A DNA stretch of 64,000 nucleotides from Armatimonadota bacterium (lineage in GTDB: Bacteria; Armatimonadota; UBA5829; DSUL01), in contig JBDHZC010000001.1 in the NCBI GenBank assembly GCA_039811685.1, positions 736,001 to 800,000 of the forward strand, read 5' to 3'. Of the stretch, positions 10,282 through 20,484 are shown in pieces. A program made the position numbers and the translations under genes. The notes under the pieces are model-generated. The model made no database searches, was not told the origin of the DNA, and saw nothing but the letters and a program-made list of their open reading frames with translations. The first letter of the stretch is position 1; each line of letters begins with the position of its first letter.

Positions 10282-10297
10282 GGCAATTAGCGCGCCA
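10282..10297 (-). promoter_or_regulatory. Putative sigma54 (-24/-12) promoter of the PEP-CTERM gene
   Basis: Minus strand TGGCGCG-CTAA-TTGCC, with correct GG-N10-GC spacing. Confidence 0.6.
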
Positions 10298-10308
10298 ACG
10301 GGGCAATT

Positions 10309-10995
10309 TCAGCGCGATTCTGGTATATGTGCGCGGATTTCCGCCTGCGAAACCCGCAGATACACGGGCTGAAGTGACATAGCGTCGAGAGTGCGCCCGG
10401 TGTCTGCGGCCAGGCGGGCGGATTTGAGTGCCGCGCGCATGTCAACGCTGGCGAGAGGCACGCACTCAAGGACAATGTCAAGCGTCACGGACCCGGCGGC
10501 CGGCCCGGTAACAGCAACAGAAGACTCTGACGCAAAACTGGCAATGAGACTGTGAACGTCCTGGGCAGATTTCACTGTCGCCGGGACGAGTGTTTCAATC
10601 GAACTCGATCCGCGCCTGTAGACAGCACTGTAGAGCTCGCCGGGAACAGCTTCAATGAGCGGGACGATGATCTCTGAGTTGCAGGATACGCTCTGAGCGA
10701 GAAGCTCAAGTGTGGAAAGTCCGACTGTCTGGGCGCTGACGGCATCTGAGAGCGCTTTTGCTGCAGCCACGCCAACGCGAAGACCCGTAAAGGAGCCGGG
10801 GCCAACAACACACGCGACATATCCAATATCCCGCGCACTGAGCTCAGCCTCGGTCAGTATTTGTCTAATCAGAGGAGTGAGGCGCTGCAGAGCGTCTCGC
10901 TTGTGTTTGAAGCATCGGATAAGTTCCAGGCCGTCTGAGCGCAACACTCCGACCTGAACATCCTCAAGTGAAGTATCTATTGCAAGGATTGTCAC
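10309..10995 (-). CDS. tsaB: tRNA t6A biosynthesis protein TsaB
   Basis: ILAIDTS and GPGSFTGLRVG motifs; adjacent to tsaE. Confidence 0.95.
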   Translation of the reverse strand: MTILAIDTSLEDVQVGVLRSDGLELIRCFKHKRDALQRLTPLIRQILTEAELSARDIGYVACVVGPGSFTGLRVGVAAAKALSDAVSAQTVGLSTLELLAQSVSCNSEIIVPLIEAVPGELYSAVYRRGSSSIETLVPATVKSAQDVHSLIASFASESSVAVTGPAAGSVTLDIVLECVPLASVDMRAALKSARLAADTGRTLDAMSLQPVYLRVSQAEIRAHIPESR

Positions 10996-11438
10996 TGCTC
11001 TGCTCGGCCCTCTGGCGCCGTGACTGTGATCTTTCGGGAATTAGCACCGGTTACGTCGAAAGATATGCGCCATACCTGGCTCCCCCAGTCGAAGCTTCCA
11101 GCGCGCTCTGGCCATTCCACTAACGTCACAAAGCCGGATGCCAGATAGTCCCGAATCCCGATCTCCTCCACATCCGCCTCTCCACTGAGCCTGTAGATAT
11201 CTACGTGCGCTATTGACTGGGGCCCGGGGTATTCGTGAATGAGGACGAACGTGGGGCTGGAAACATGTGCCTCAGAGTCAAGACCGCGAACCACACCGCG
11301 CACAAACGCCGTCTTTCCTGCGCCAAGCTCACCGGCCAGCAGGACCACGTCACCAGCTCGGAGCTGTGCGGCCAGACGCTCTCCGGCTTCTTCTGTGGCT
11401 TCCGGCGCGTCCGTAAGCACGGTGTAGGAGTCATTCAT
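10992..11438 (-). CDS. tsaE: tRNA t6A biosynthesis ATPase TsaE
   Basis: GELGAGKT, VSSPTF, HVDIYRL, LVEWPE. Start MNDSY overlaps the thiL stop. Confidence 0.95.
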   Translation of the reverse strand: MNDSYTVLTDAPEATEEAGERLAAQLRAGDVVLLAGELGAGKTAFVRGVVRGLDSEAHVSSPTFVLIHEYPGPQSIAHVDIYRLSGEADVEEIGIRDYLASGFVTLVEWPERAGSFDWGSQVWRISFDVTGANSRKITVTAPEGRAEQ

Positions 11439-12459
11439 CGCCGGGGAAATGCTGGTAGCCTCCTCGTAGCGGGCGCCGATGACCAGACGGGTCTTCAACA
11501 AATACACCGGATCCCTCGACGGCACGTCCTATCACTGAGCCTGATGTTTGAGTTTCAGCATTCATGCGCTCCAGAAGCCCTCTCGATCCTTCTTCCTCGG
11601 CCGCAAACACAAGCTCGTAGTCTTCTCCGCCAACCAGCGCCGTTACTACCGGAAGCTCGTCTGTCAAACGAGCAGAAGACAACACCAACTCTGAGACGGG
11701 GATCAGGCTCTCCTGCACAACGATACCGACGCCGCTTGTAGCGGCGATATGACCCAGATCGGAGGCCAGACCATCACTCAAATCCATCATTGCGTGACAG
11801 TTCGACTGAGCGCTGAGCCAGACTCCCGCCGGTACTCTGGTATGCGGTCTGGCATAAGCCTGAACGAGGTCCGGGGAAAGGGAAGCAGCCGGGTGCTTTT
11901 CCAGAGCAAGAACGGCCGAGCGCGAGGCTCCCAGGCGCCCGGTAACACAGATCAGATCCCCTGGACGCGCTCCTGCTCTTCCAACCATCCTGCCTGCAGG
12001 CTCCGCAAGCAGACACACGTTCAGCGCCACCGGACCGTTTGTCGCGACCGTATCTCCGCCAGCGAGGACAGCGCCAACTTCAGCGAGCGAATCGCGCACG
12101 CCATGGATAATATCCTCAGCGCGAGATTCAGGGCACTCCGGCGGCAGGCCGATAGACAGAAAAGCCACTCGAGGCCACGCGGCCATCGCCGCGCAATCGG
12201 ATACTGAAGCCGCCGCACAGCGCCACCCACAGTCATAGGCGCTGATCCAGTCAAAACGGAAGTGACGCCCCTCGATGAGCATGTCTGTCGTGACAGCCAC
12301 ATCTGTATCAAAGCGCAGAAGCGCACCGTCATGGGCGAGGCTGGCGCCTACCAAAACATTGCGATCCCCGGCGGCGGTCTGTGGAGGGCTGTCACTCAGC
12401 GCGCGCTTAATCAGCGCAAACTCTCCGCCAGCCTGTCCAATTGTGCGTTCAGCACCCAT
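11431..12459 (-). CDS. thiL: Thiamine-monophosphate kinase
   Basis: GEFALI, TTDMLIEGRHF, SDCAAM, GGDT, DLSDGL, GGEDYEL, GYQHF. Confidence 0.93.
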   Translation of the reverse strand: MGAERTIGQAGGEFALIKRALSDSPPQTAAGDRNVLVGASLAHDGALLRFDTDVAVTTDMLIEGRHFRFDWISAYDCGWRCAAASVSDCAAMAAWPRVAFLSIGLPPECPESRAEDIIHGVRDSLAEVGAVLAGGDTVATNGPVALNVCLLAEPAGRMVGRAGARPGDLICVTGRLGASRSAVLALEKHPAASLSPDLVQAYARPHTRVPAGVWLSAQSNCHAMMDLSDGLASDLGHIAATSGVGIVVQESLIPVSELVLSSARLTDELPVVTALVGGEDYELVFAAEEEGSRGLLERMNAETQTSGSVIGRAVEGSGVFVEDPSGHRRPLRGGYQHFPGDE

Positions 12460-12501
12460 TGCCCTTGTATGATGAAGAATGGATTGCCCATGGCGCAACC
12501 C

Positions 12502-13764
12502 TTACAGGCGACGCTTGCCGTCAGTCCATACAGCGCGGACACATTCACGAGACCCCTGCCAGACGATGCGCTCACCTAGAGACTGCTTTGGATCCCCGTC
12601 TGGAAGGGCGACGGCCACGATGTCAGCTCGAAAGCCGGGCCTGATCGCCCCGGCCTCTGTCACACCAATAGCCCGCGCGGCTTCCATCGTGGCCATATCG
12701 AGCGCTTCGCAAGCAGTAATCGGATCGCCTTTGATGCGTGAAGTCAGCACGGCCAGGCGCATCTCCTCAAACATGTCCAGACGCTGAGAAGAGATAGCGG
12801 AGTCTGTGCCGAGACAACAAAGCAAACCAGCTCGCCGGGCCGCAGCGATCGGAGGGATGCCGTTGCCAAGCGCCGCATTGGAGGAAGGACAAAACGCCGC
12901 GCTACACTGACGCACAGCGAGAAGGGACAGGTCAGGCTCAGTCGCCTGCGTGAGATGGACAGCCAGCGTACCCGGCTTCCAGTAACCTTTTCGTCCAAGG
13001 TGCTCGACTGGAGTGATAGCGTGACCTGTGACGGCAAACCCTCTGGCCTGGTGACGTTCTGCCATAACCCCTGTACCCCGTGCGATGTAGCTGATCTCGT
13101 CCTGGCTTTCAGCGACGTGAATTGAGCGGCGCGCCCGGGCAAAACGCGCAAGAACCTCCTCCAGAGCTGGTGAAGAGGCATTGTAGGGAGCGTGACACGA
13201 CACGCCACGGTCAATACCCGGCTCACAGGCTTCCGTCAGCCAGTGCGCAACAGCGTCCATCTGAGCACTGTAATCCCCTTCTGGATCTGGACAGAACATC
13301 TCACGGTAGACCGTCCCGCGCAGACCCACAGCGGCCATAGCGCCAGAAGAGAATCCAAAGGTACTGTGATCGGCGATACACGTCACGCCACCCTGCAGGC
13401 AGTCCAGGGCGCCTTCGGCTGCGCTGCTGACGAAAAACTCTGCAGAAAGACTCAGAACCGCCTGGGTGACTTCCAGTATCCAGTCTGTGAACTTCAACCC
13501 ATCGGCCAGACCGCGCAGGCTTGTCAGCTCAAGGTGCGTATGCCCATTGACCAGACCCGGCATAAGAGAGCATCCGGGAAAAGACTCGACCGGTTCATTT
13601 GGGAATTTCGCGTTAAGGTCAAACCCTACGTGGGTGATGCGCCCGCTCTCAATACGGACCTGAGTGGCGCTGGCGACGTGTGCGCCGTGCGTGTCTTTCC
13701 TGCTGCGAATGTCGCACGCATCGCTTGTGAGGACAGCATCCGCAGTCAGAATGAAAGCATTCAG
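12502..13764 (-). CDS. Metal-dependent amidohydrolase (MtaD/deaminase-like); start uncertain
   Basis: PGLVNGHTHLE, HAPY, IHVAES, LGTDS. The frame is open 67 codons upstream of ATG 13563, to a CTG at 13764. Confidence 0.85.
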   Translation of the reverse strand: MNAFILTADAVLTSDACDIRSRKDTHGAHVASATQVRIESGRITHVGFDLNAKFPNEPVESFPGCSLMPGLVNGHTHLELTSLRGLADGLKFTDWILEVTQAVLSLSAEFFVSSAAEGALDCLQGGVTCIADHSTFGFSSGAMAAVGLRGTVYREMFCPDPEGDYSAQMDAVAHWLTEACEPGIDRGVSCHAPYNASSPALEEVLARFARARRSIHVAESQDEISYIARGTGVMAERHQARGFAVTGHAITPVEHLGRKGYWKPGTLAVHLTQATEPDLSLLAVRQCSAAFCPSSNAALGNGIPPIAAARRAGLLCCLGTDSAISSQRLDMFEEMRLAVLTSRIKGDPITACEALDMATMEAARAIGVTEAGAIRPGFRADIVAVALPDGDPKQSLGERIVWQGSRECVRAVWTDGKRRL

Positions 13765-13772
13765 AGTCGGAC

Positions 13773-14717
13773 CTACTTCAGCGTTTCTTTAGTGATGGTG
13801 CGCGTTGGCAGAATTATGCGCTTGTCAACCTTCTCACCATCCAGAATCTTCAGCGCAGTGTCAATGGACTCAGGTCCACAGGTCGGATAAACGAATGTGG
13901 CCGTGAGAAGGCCGTCCCGCACGTATTTCTGTCCCTCAGCGGGCAACCCGTCAATCCCAACGAACTTGATGGTATTCTCACGGCCCTTCCCCTCCTGCTT
14001 CGCGGCCAGATAGGCCCCGTGAGCGCTTGGATCGTTGTGTCCGTAGACAGCGTCAATATTCTCAAACCTCGAAAGCGCCGAGCGCATTTCTGCCTGCGCT
14101 TTGGGTTCTTTCCACTGGCAGTCCGCATTGAAGATGACCTTGATCGCGGAGCCTGAGATGCCCTCCACAAAGCCGCTGTGCCGGTCCTGAGCAGGAGTCG
14201 AAGTCATCAAACCCGCAAGCTCAACAACGTTGCCTTTTCCATTCAGTATCTGCTTGATGAACTTGCCTGCTTCCAGCCCAATCTGCTTGTTGTCGCCGCC
14301 GATGAAACAGGTGTAGTTCGCTCCCGGAACGTCCCGATCCAGAACGATGACCGGCACGCCTTTCTTGACAGCATCGTTAATTGGCTGAACAAACGGGCGG
14401 CTCTCCTTTGGTGAGATGATAATGAGATCTACACCCTGCTCCACAAACTGTTTGATCTGCGCCTGTTGTGTCGGGGTATCATCCTGAGCATCCTGAAAGA
14501 TGACATTGATCCTGTCCCTGTGCCTTTCTGCCGCAGCCTTGACGTCAGCGTTCATCTGGACGCGCCACGGCTCTGAAAGAGTGCACTGAGAAAACCCGAT
14601 GTTCCACACGCGAGCGTCGCCACCGCTCGCCGTTGGCGCCGATGGGGACCTGGCGCATCCTGCAGCGATGGCTGTAAGTCCGGCGATAAACAGACCAAAA
14701 AGCAGCTCTCGTTTCAT
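13773..14717 (-). CDS. Sugar ABC transporter substrate-binding lipoprotein (RbsB-like)
   Basis: Lipobox AAGC, IGFSQ...EPWR, VYGHND, FVGIDG. AGGAG RBS before MKRELL. Confidence 0.92.
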   Translation of the reverse strand: MKRELLFGLFIAGLTAIAAGCARSPSAPTASGGDARVWNIGFSQCTLSEPWRVQMNADVKAAAERHRDRINVIFQDAQDDTPTQQAQIKQFVEQGVDLIIISPKESRPFVQPINDAVKKGVPVIVLDRDVPGANYTCFIGGDNKQIGLEAGKFIKQILNGKGNVVELAGLMTSTPAQDRHSGFVEGISGSAIKVIFNADCQWKEPKAQAEMRSALSRFENIDAVYGHNDPSAHGAYLAAKQEGKGRENTIKFVGIDGLPAEGQKYVRDGLLTATFVYPTCGPESIDTALKILDGEKVDKRIILPTRTITKETLK

Positions 14718-14776
14718 TGTGTCTCCTGAGGATCGTTTCTTGATTGGCAAACGGTGCGGCGCCGCGAAAAACTGTC

Positions 14777-15817
14777 TCAAACCCGACGCTTTTGCTGAAT
14801 CAAGACAGCGGCGACTATGATGAGTCCTTTCGCCAGAAGCCGCGCCGGTTCCTGTACAGCGTTGAGTGAAAGGATTTTGTTGATGTACGCGATCGTGAGT
14901 ACGCCCACCAGCGTGAAGCCCATGCCACCCTGCCCGCCCGTGAGCGTGGTTCCACCAATGACAACCGCCGCTATGGCGTCGAGCTCGTAGGTGAATCCAG
15001 CTTCTGGATCGCCGATGCTGCTTCGGCTGGCGCTGATAAGGCCAGCCAGCGCGGCGAACACTGTGCACAGGGCATAGGCTGAGGTCTTGGTCCACCTCAC
15101 GTTGATACCGGACAGACGCGCCGCTTCCTCGTTCCCCCCTACGGCGTACAGCTTCCGTCCAAAGCTGCTGTAGCGGACAACAACATACATCACAAGGATG
15201 CTGATGAGAAACAGAAGCGTGGCAGGCTGTATTCCAACACCGGGCAGACGAGTGGTCATCCACTCGAATACGCGTGGCGTTCCTTCCTGCATCGCATACC
15301 ACGTACGTGCTCCAGGCTGAACTTTGATTCCACCTGAGATGGCCTTGGCTGCTCCTCTGGCCGCCACCATCACCGCCAGAGTCGCCACAAAAGGCTGCAG
15401 TCCGAAACGGCCTATCAGAACTCCATTGACGAGTCCCACTGCCAATCCCGCAAGAATGCAGGCCGCGACGGCGGCGCCAACGCCCCAGCCGAACCCGATA
15501 AGAAGCAGCGCAAATAGTGTGGCAATGAAGCCGAGAACGCTGCCAACAGCAAGGTCAATGCCACCAGTGAGGATTACGAGAGTCATCCCGCAGGCAAGCA
15601 GCCCGTATTCAGAGTATTCAAAAAGGATATCGCTCTGAGTCTGCCAGGTCAAAAAGACAGACTGACCCGTCACCAGGTTTCTCGGCGTGAAAACGATCCC
15701 GAGAATAAAGACCAGCAGCAGCGCGAAGACGCCGCGCATCTGGCCCGCCAGAGCCCAGGCAGCGCTGCCCTTTCCGGGCGTCGAATGCTGTAACCCCCGC
15801 TTACTGAAGCTCGGCAA
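14777..15817 (-). CDS. Sugar ABC transporter permease (RbsC-like)
   Basis: GMTLVILTGGIDLAVGS, YAVGGNEEAARLSGI, YELDAIAAVVIGG. Confidence 0.93.
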   Translation of the reverse strand: MPSFSKRGLQHSTPGKGSAAWALAGQMRGVFALLLVFILGIVFTPRNLVTGQSVFLTWQTQSDILFEYSEYGLLACGMTLVILTGGIDLAVGSVLGFIATLFALLLIGFGWGVGAAVAACILAGLAVGLVNGVLIGRFGLQPFVATLAVMVAARGAAKAISGGIKVQPGARTWYAMQEGTPRVFEWMTTRLPGVGIQPATLLFLISILVMYVVVRYSSFGRKLYAVGGNEEAARLSGINVRWTKTSAYALCTVFAALAGLISASRSSIGDPEAGFTYELDAIAAVVIGGTTLTGGQGGMGFTLVGVLTIAYINKILSLNAVQEPARLLAKGLIIVAAVLIQQKRRV

Positions 15818-17327
15818 GCGCCGAAAACCTCTCTTTCATGGCTGAGTATAGGGACTGATAGAACCGATGCAAGGGCTTGTAAGCGAGTGTGCGAGTCGAA
15901 TCCGACTCACAGCTTTGATGCGTGGTGAGGGTCGCCGAGCACGCCTCCTGGACACTGCTCCATGCGCGCTGGGAAACGCCGGCCAACAGCGCCACACCAA
16001 ACGCAGCCCCTTCTTCTACATTGAGAGTCACATGAGTGCGTCCGACGACATCCGCCAGAAGCTGCCGCCAGAAACCACTGCGCGCTCCCCCGCCCATAAC
16101 GCGCACCTGCTGAGCATCTACGCCAATAGAGTTCAATATCTCAAAGCTGTCCTTGAGAGCAAAGCTAACCCCTTCCAGCACAGCGCGGCTGAAGTGGGCT
16201 CGCGTATGCGATAGTGTCGCCCCAAAGAACACACCGCGGGCGAACGGATCAGGATAGGGCGTTCGCTCTCCAGAGAGGTACGGCAAATAGAACAAGCCTT
16301 CACACCCCGGCGCAATATCCTCCGCAGCCTGCAATATCAGATCATAGGCGTCTTTGTTCTGCTGCAGAGCGAGGCGCTTTTCTTCTTCACAGAAGGTGTC
16401 GCGATACCAGCGCAAGGAACCACCAGCGGAGATAACCACTCCCATAGCGTGCCATTTACCAGGGACAGCGTGGCAGAAAGTGTGCGTTCGCAGCAGAGGA
16501 TCGACAAACGGCTTGTCCGCATAGGCAAAAACGACACCGGACGTGCCAAGGGACGTGCTCACAAGACCAGTATCCACCACCCCGCTTCCAATGCCACCGG
16601 CAGCCTGGTCACCACCGCCGCCAACGACCGGCGTACCTTCTCTGAGACCGGTCGCCTGCGCTCCCTCACGGCTCACGGTCGCAGAGACTTCCACTGATTC
16701 AAAGCACTCCGGCAGCCAGCTCTCTTCAACAAAAGCCGCCTCCATCATCTCGGGAGACCACTTCCGCTCGACAACATTCAAAAGAGATGTGCCCGAAGCG
16801 TCCGACACCTCCGTTGCGTAGGCGCCAGTCAATTTGAACCGGATGTAATCCTTTGGCAGTAAGAGCTTTCTAATGCGCCGATGAGCTTCCGGCTCATTGT
16901 TCTTGAGCCAGACAGCCTTGGGCGCCTGAAAGCCGGTCAGAACCCGATTGAGCGTTATCCGGTGCACAGCCTGCGCCCCCGCGCGCTCCGTGATTTCATC
17001 ACACTCATCGGCGGTCCGCTGGTCACACCAGAGAATGGCCGGACGGATAACAGCGTCTTTCTCGTCCAGAAACACTGCTCCGTGCATCTGGCCAGAGAGC
17101 CCTACAGCGCTGATGCCGGAGGGACTTATCCCCGCCTTCCGACAAGCATCAGGGAGACACCTCAGCACACCCTGCCACCAGTCCTGCGGGTGCTGCTCCG
17201 CCCAGAGCGGCTTTGGCGTGAGAAGTGGATATTCCGACGAAGCGGATCCGAGCAGCCGTCCCTGCTCGTCAATAACCAGTGACCGGGCGCCACCTGTGCC
17301 GATGTCTATCCCGAGAAAGTAGCTCAT
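15801..17327 (-). CDS. xylB: Xylulokinase (FGGY family)
   Basis: LGIDIGT, SGQMHG, PAILWCDQR, SDASGT, GGGDQAA, PYLSGERTP. Confidence 0.92.
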   Translation of the reverse strand: MSYFLGIDIGTGGARSLVIDEQGRLLGSASSEYPLLTPKPLWAEQHPQDWWQGVLRCLPDACRKAGISPSGISAVGLSGQMHGAVFLDEKDAVIRPAILWCDQRTADECDEITERAGAQAVHRITLNRVLTGFQAPKAVWLKNNEPEAHRRIRKLLLPKDYIRFKLTGAYATEVSDASGTSLLNVVERKWSPEMMEAAFVEESWLPECFESVEVSATVSREGAQATGLREGTPVVGGGGDQAAGGIGSGVVDTGLVSTSLGTSGVVFAYADKPFVDPLLRTHTFCHAVPGKWHAMGVVISAGGSLRWYRDTFCEEEKRLALQQNKDAYDLILQAAEDIAPGCEGLFYLPYLSGERTPYPDPFARGVFFGATLSHTRAHFSRAVLEGVSFALKDSFEILNSIGVDAQQVRVMGGGARSGFWRQLLADVVGRTHVTLNVEEGAAFGVALLAGVSQRAWSSVQEACSATLTTHQSCESDSTRTLAYKPLHRFYQSLYSAMKERFSALAELQ

Positions 17328-17416
17328 ATCAGAATTCTTGTTCTCCAGTAGCCGCCAATCCAACGGCGACGTTGCGGTCAGGTTCGGCGGCTACAAGATA
17401 CTCCGGCAGGCCAGAG

Positions 17417-18247
17417 TCAGATGAACTGCTTGAGATGACGCAGTCCGATCTCCATTCCCTGCTCTCGTCCGACCGTCCCATCCTCGTGTTCGATGGAGAG
17501 GACGCCGTCGTAGCCAGCCACGCGCAGATGCGCGATGTACTCGCCCCAGTCAATGACGCCAGTGCCCGGAATTACATAGCGCCACCATCCACCGTTCAGA
17601 CTTCCGATGCGATCCCGCTGATACTTGCGAATCTCGGTGTCTTTGGCGTGCGAGTGGAAGATACGGGACTTGAACTCATCCACGGCCCGCAGATAATCAA
17701 TCTCCTGGTGCACGAGGTGAGAAGGATCATAGTTAAGCCCAAAGTTTTCGTGCGGTACGGCGGTGAAAATGGCGTCAAAGTGCAGTAGATTCTGTATGTT
17801 TGTCGCGAACCAGTTCTCAAGGCATATTCGGATGCCCTTGTCAGCGGCATACTCAACGAGCGGCGTAAAGGCTGGCTTACAGTCCTCATCTATGGTCCTG
17901 AAGCGATCTTTGCCCTCAACCGGCATGCCTGCCAGAGTGCACACGACGTCAACGTCCAGAGCATGCGCCGCATCAACCAACTTTTTGAACGCAGTCGCCT
18001 GCTCCTGACGGCTTGCGGGATGCACAACGTCCGTGTACCAGGCGAGACTGCTGATCTTCATATTGTTGCTGGAGAACAGCTCTTTGATGCGATCCGCATC
18101 CGCACTCGAAAAGGTGTTGATATCCAGATGTTTTGAACCAGGGCCACTTGCGACCTCGAGAGAGTCGAATCCAGCTCCTGCGGCGAACGCCACGACCGAA
18201 TCCAGTGAGTCGCCCCCAAAGGGCGCTGTTAAAAATCCAACTTGCAT
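17417..18247 (-). CDS. Sugar phosphate isomerase/epimerase (TIM barrel)
   Basis: ICLEN, GLNYDPSHL, HSHAKD, LSIEHED. Start MQVGFLT. Confidence 0.88.
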   Translation of the reverse strand: MQVGFLTAPFGGDSLDSVVAFAAGAGFDSLEVASGPGSKHLDINTFSSADADRIKELFSSNNMKISSLAWYTDVVHPASRQEQATAFKKLVDAAHALDVDVVCTLAGMPVEGKDRFRTIDEDCKPAFTPLVEYAADKGIRICLENWFATNIQNLLHFDAIFTAVPHENFGLNYDPSHLVHQEIDYLRAVDEFKSRIFHSHAKDTEIRKYQRDRIGSLNGGWWRYVIPGTGVIDWGEYIAHLRVAGYDGVLSIEHEDGTVGREQGMEIGLRHLKQFI

Positions 18248-18353
18248 GATTGCTCCTGTAGCCAGCTTTTCGTGATTATAAATGGAAAGGCAGATAGTTC
18301 CGCAGGCCGGTGAGGCCTGGCCCCGTGCTGTTCCAACCTGCTGCGCTGACCGG

Positions 18354-19280
18354 CTATGGAGTTGTTTGCGCGAAGCTGTGAATCCTCTGCCAAAACAGAT
18401 TCTGAAAGGCTTCAAGGTCAATATCCGTGGCAACATCGACAGACGCCGCGCCAGGATCGACAGATTCCTTAAAGGTGACAACTCCAGCCTCATTGCCTTC
18501 AGTTTGGACGCGAGGATGCAAAGTCCGCCAGGTGAAGATTTCGGGATGCGTCAACGCCGCAACGGCTGTAGAGTCGTGCATGGGGGTGGAATCCCGATCG
18601 CACAAGTTGAGATAGTGCTCCCCAGCGGTGGCCAGGAGCTGAGCTGCCTCTGTAGGAATATCCCGCAAGGCTTTCACGTGGCTGCGGGAGAGAGAGGTCT
18701 GCTTTGTGATGTTGATGCCAACCATGCGCGCTGGCGCTCCAGACTGCAGCACAATATCAGCCGCCTCTGGATCAGATTTGAAGTTGTGTTCAGGGAGAAT
18801 AGAGCGCCCGTGCACTCCCATGAAATTGCCACCCATCATCGAGAGGTTGTCAAGTGACTGAAAGGCCCGTGGACAGTCGCGAGCAAGAGCGCCAATATTG
18901 CTCAATGGGCCAATAGCGACCAGGGCGAGATCTGTACGTCTTTTCTCAATCTGCTCCAGAATGAACGCCTCCGCTCCTGATGAGCTGATTTGCGAAAGGT
19001 CAACTCCGGAGGTATCCCAGACCTCGCTCTCGTGACCTGCCCACCACGCCCTCAACCCCGGCCGCAACGGCTGGCGTCTTCCAAGCGCGACAGGGAGGTG
19101 GCGGTGTCCTGAGGCTTGCAGGAGTCTGAGAGCCAGGCGAGCGCGAACATCCACATCGCCGTAAACGACTGTCACCCCGTCCAGAGTCAACTCTGGCGAC
19201 CCCAGCAAAAATGCCAGGGCGAATGCGTCGTCAACGTCAGTTCCAATGTCAGTGTCGAGGATTACGCGCTTTGCCGCCAT
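18354..19280 (-). CDS. Nucleoside hydrolase (IU-NH family)
   Basis: ILDTDIGTDVDDAFAL, IGPLSN, EHNFKSDPEAA, MHD. Confidence 0.92.
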   Translation of the reverse strand: MAAKRVILDTDIGTDVDDAFALAFLLGSPELTLDGVTVVYGDVDVRARLALRLLQASGHRHLPVALGRRQPLRPGLRAWWAGHESEVWDTSGVDLSQISSSGAEAFILEQIEKRRTDLALVAIGPLSNIGALARDCPRAFQSLDNLSMMGGNFMGVHGRSILPEHNFKSDPEAADIVLQSGAPARMVGINITKQTSLSRSHVKALRDIPTEAAQLLATAGEHYLNLCDRDSTPMHDSTAVAALTHPEIFTWRTLHPRVQTEGNEAGVVTFKESVDPGAASVDVATDIDLEAFQNLFWQRIHSFAQTTP

Positions 19281-19449
19281 CTGTTCAGCGACACATTCTA
19301 GCAGACTCCAGGCGCGACAGTGGAGATGGAACAGCCAGGGCCATATGCTGTGGCGACGTCAGACAACGTATGCGTGAAAGCATCGATGTCTATCCCGTAC
19401 GGGCGCAAGCGCAAGGCGCCTGCGGAAATATCGGAGCCCTGGGTGCGAA

Positions 19450-20484
19450 TCAGACTGTAACTGTAACTTTGGAAAGGCCCCTGGGAGTATCCGGATCCAG
19501 CCCTCTGGCAACTGAGATCTGATAGGCTAGACGCTGCCCCACCAGAATCTGAGCAAGCGGATCAACCCAGCGGCTGCGCCCTTTGGGCACCTCCACAGCG
19601 TCCGCTGAGAGCCCCAGGGCCTCCCGATCGCTGGAGACCACTGTCAAGTGTGTGCCTTTGCTGTAGAGGCTGCGGGCGACTTCCAGCACGGAATCTCGAG
19701 CTTCGTCGTGTGGAACGTAGATAATTCCCGGCACCGCCTGTGCCGCCGCGACGGGCCCGTGCAGGAAATCCGCCGCTGAATAGCCCCTCGCCAGCACATA
19801 GCTGGTCTCCATGATCTTCAGAGCAGTCTCAAGAGCCGTCGCATAGTTCAGACCGCGCCCCACCACGAAGCATTCACTGCGGATGGGGGACGTGGCGGCG
19901 ATTCGCTGGAGGCCGGCACTCATCTTAATAGTGCGATCCATCAGATCCGGCGCTTCGGCAAGGTCATCCAGCGCTTCCGTGCGGTTGCCCATATATGCGG
20001 CAATCAGCGCCAGAGCAGCAAGGGTGGCGGTGTAAGTCTTGGTTGCAGCGACACTTTTTTCAACTCCCGCTCCCAATGGGATGGAAATGTCCGCCAGTCT
20101 GCTCAGCTCAGACGCAGGATCATTGGTGATTGCCACAACAGGACTACCCTGCTCCCTTGCGGCGCTCATGTACTCCATTACGTCTTGAGCGCATCCGGAC
20201 TGGGAGATGCCAATAACCATTGTCTTAGGGAGATGAAGTGGCTTGCGGTAAACAGTGACTACTGAGGGCGCAGCCAGAAATGCGGCGATCCCGCACTCAA
20301 CCTGGAAAAGATATTGGCCGTAAACAGCCGCGTGATCAGAGGTTCCACGAGCGGCAAACACCACCTGCTGAACGTCGTGCGATTCAGCCAGCCTGGCCAC
20401 TTCGCGCGCCAGACTCCGGCCATTCTCAACCAGCCGGGCGACAACCTGCGGCTGCTCAAGAATCTCCCTTAACATGTCGTGCAT
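19450..20484 (-). CDS. Double-SIS-domain protein (GlmS isomerase-like / GlcN6P deaminase NagB-II-like)
   Basis: MLREILEQP, ARGTS, ISQSG, EKSVAATKTY, ETALKIME, HGP, PRGLSKVT. No glutaminase domain. Confidence 0.88.
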   Translation of the reverse strand: MHDMLREILEQPQVVARLVENGRSLAREVARLAESHDVQQVVFAARGTSDHAAVYGQYLFQVECGIAAFLAAPSVVTVYRKPLHLPKTMVIGISQSGCAQDVMEYMSAAREQGSPVVAITNDPASELSRLADISIPLGAGVEKSVAATKTYTATLAALALIAAYMGNRTEALDDLAEAPDLMDRTIKMSAGLQRIAATSPIRSECFVVGRGLNYATALETALKIMETSYVLARGYSAADFLHGPVAAAQAVPGIIYVPHDEARDSVLEVARSLYSKGTHLTVVSSDREALGLSADAVEVPKGRSRWVDPLAQILVGQRLAYQISVARGLDPDTPRGLSKVTVTV

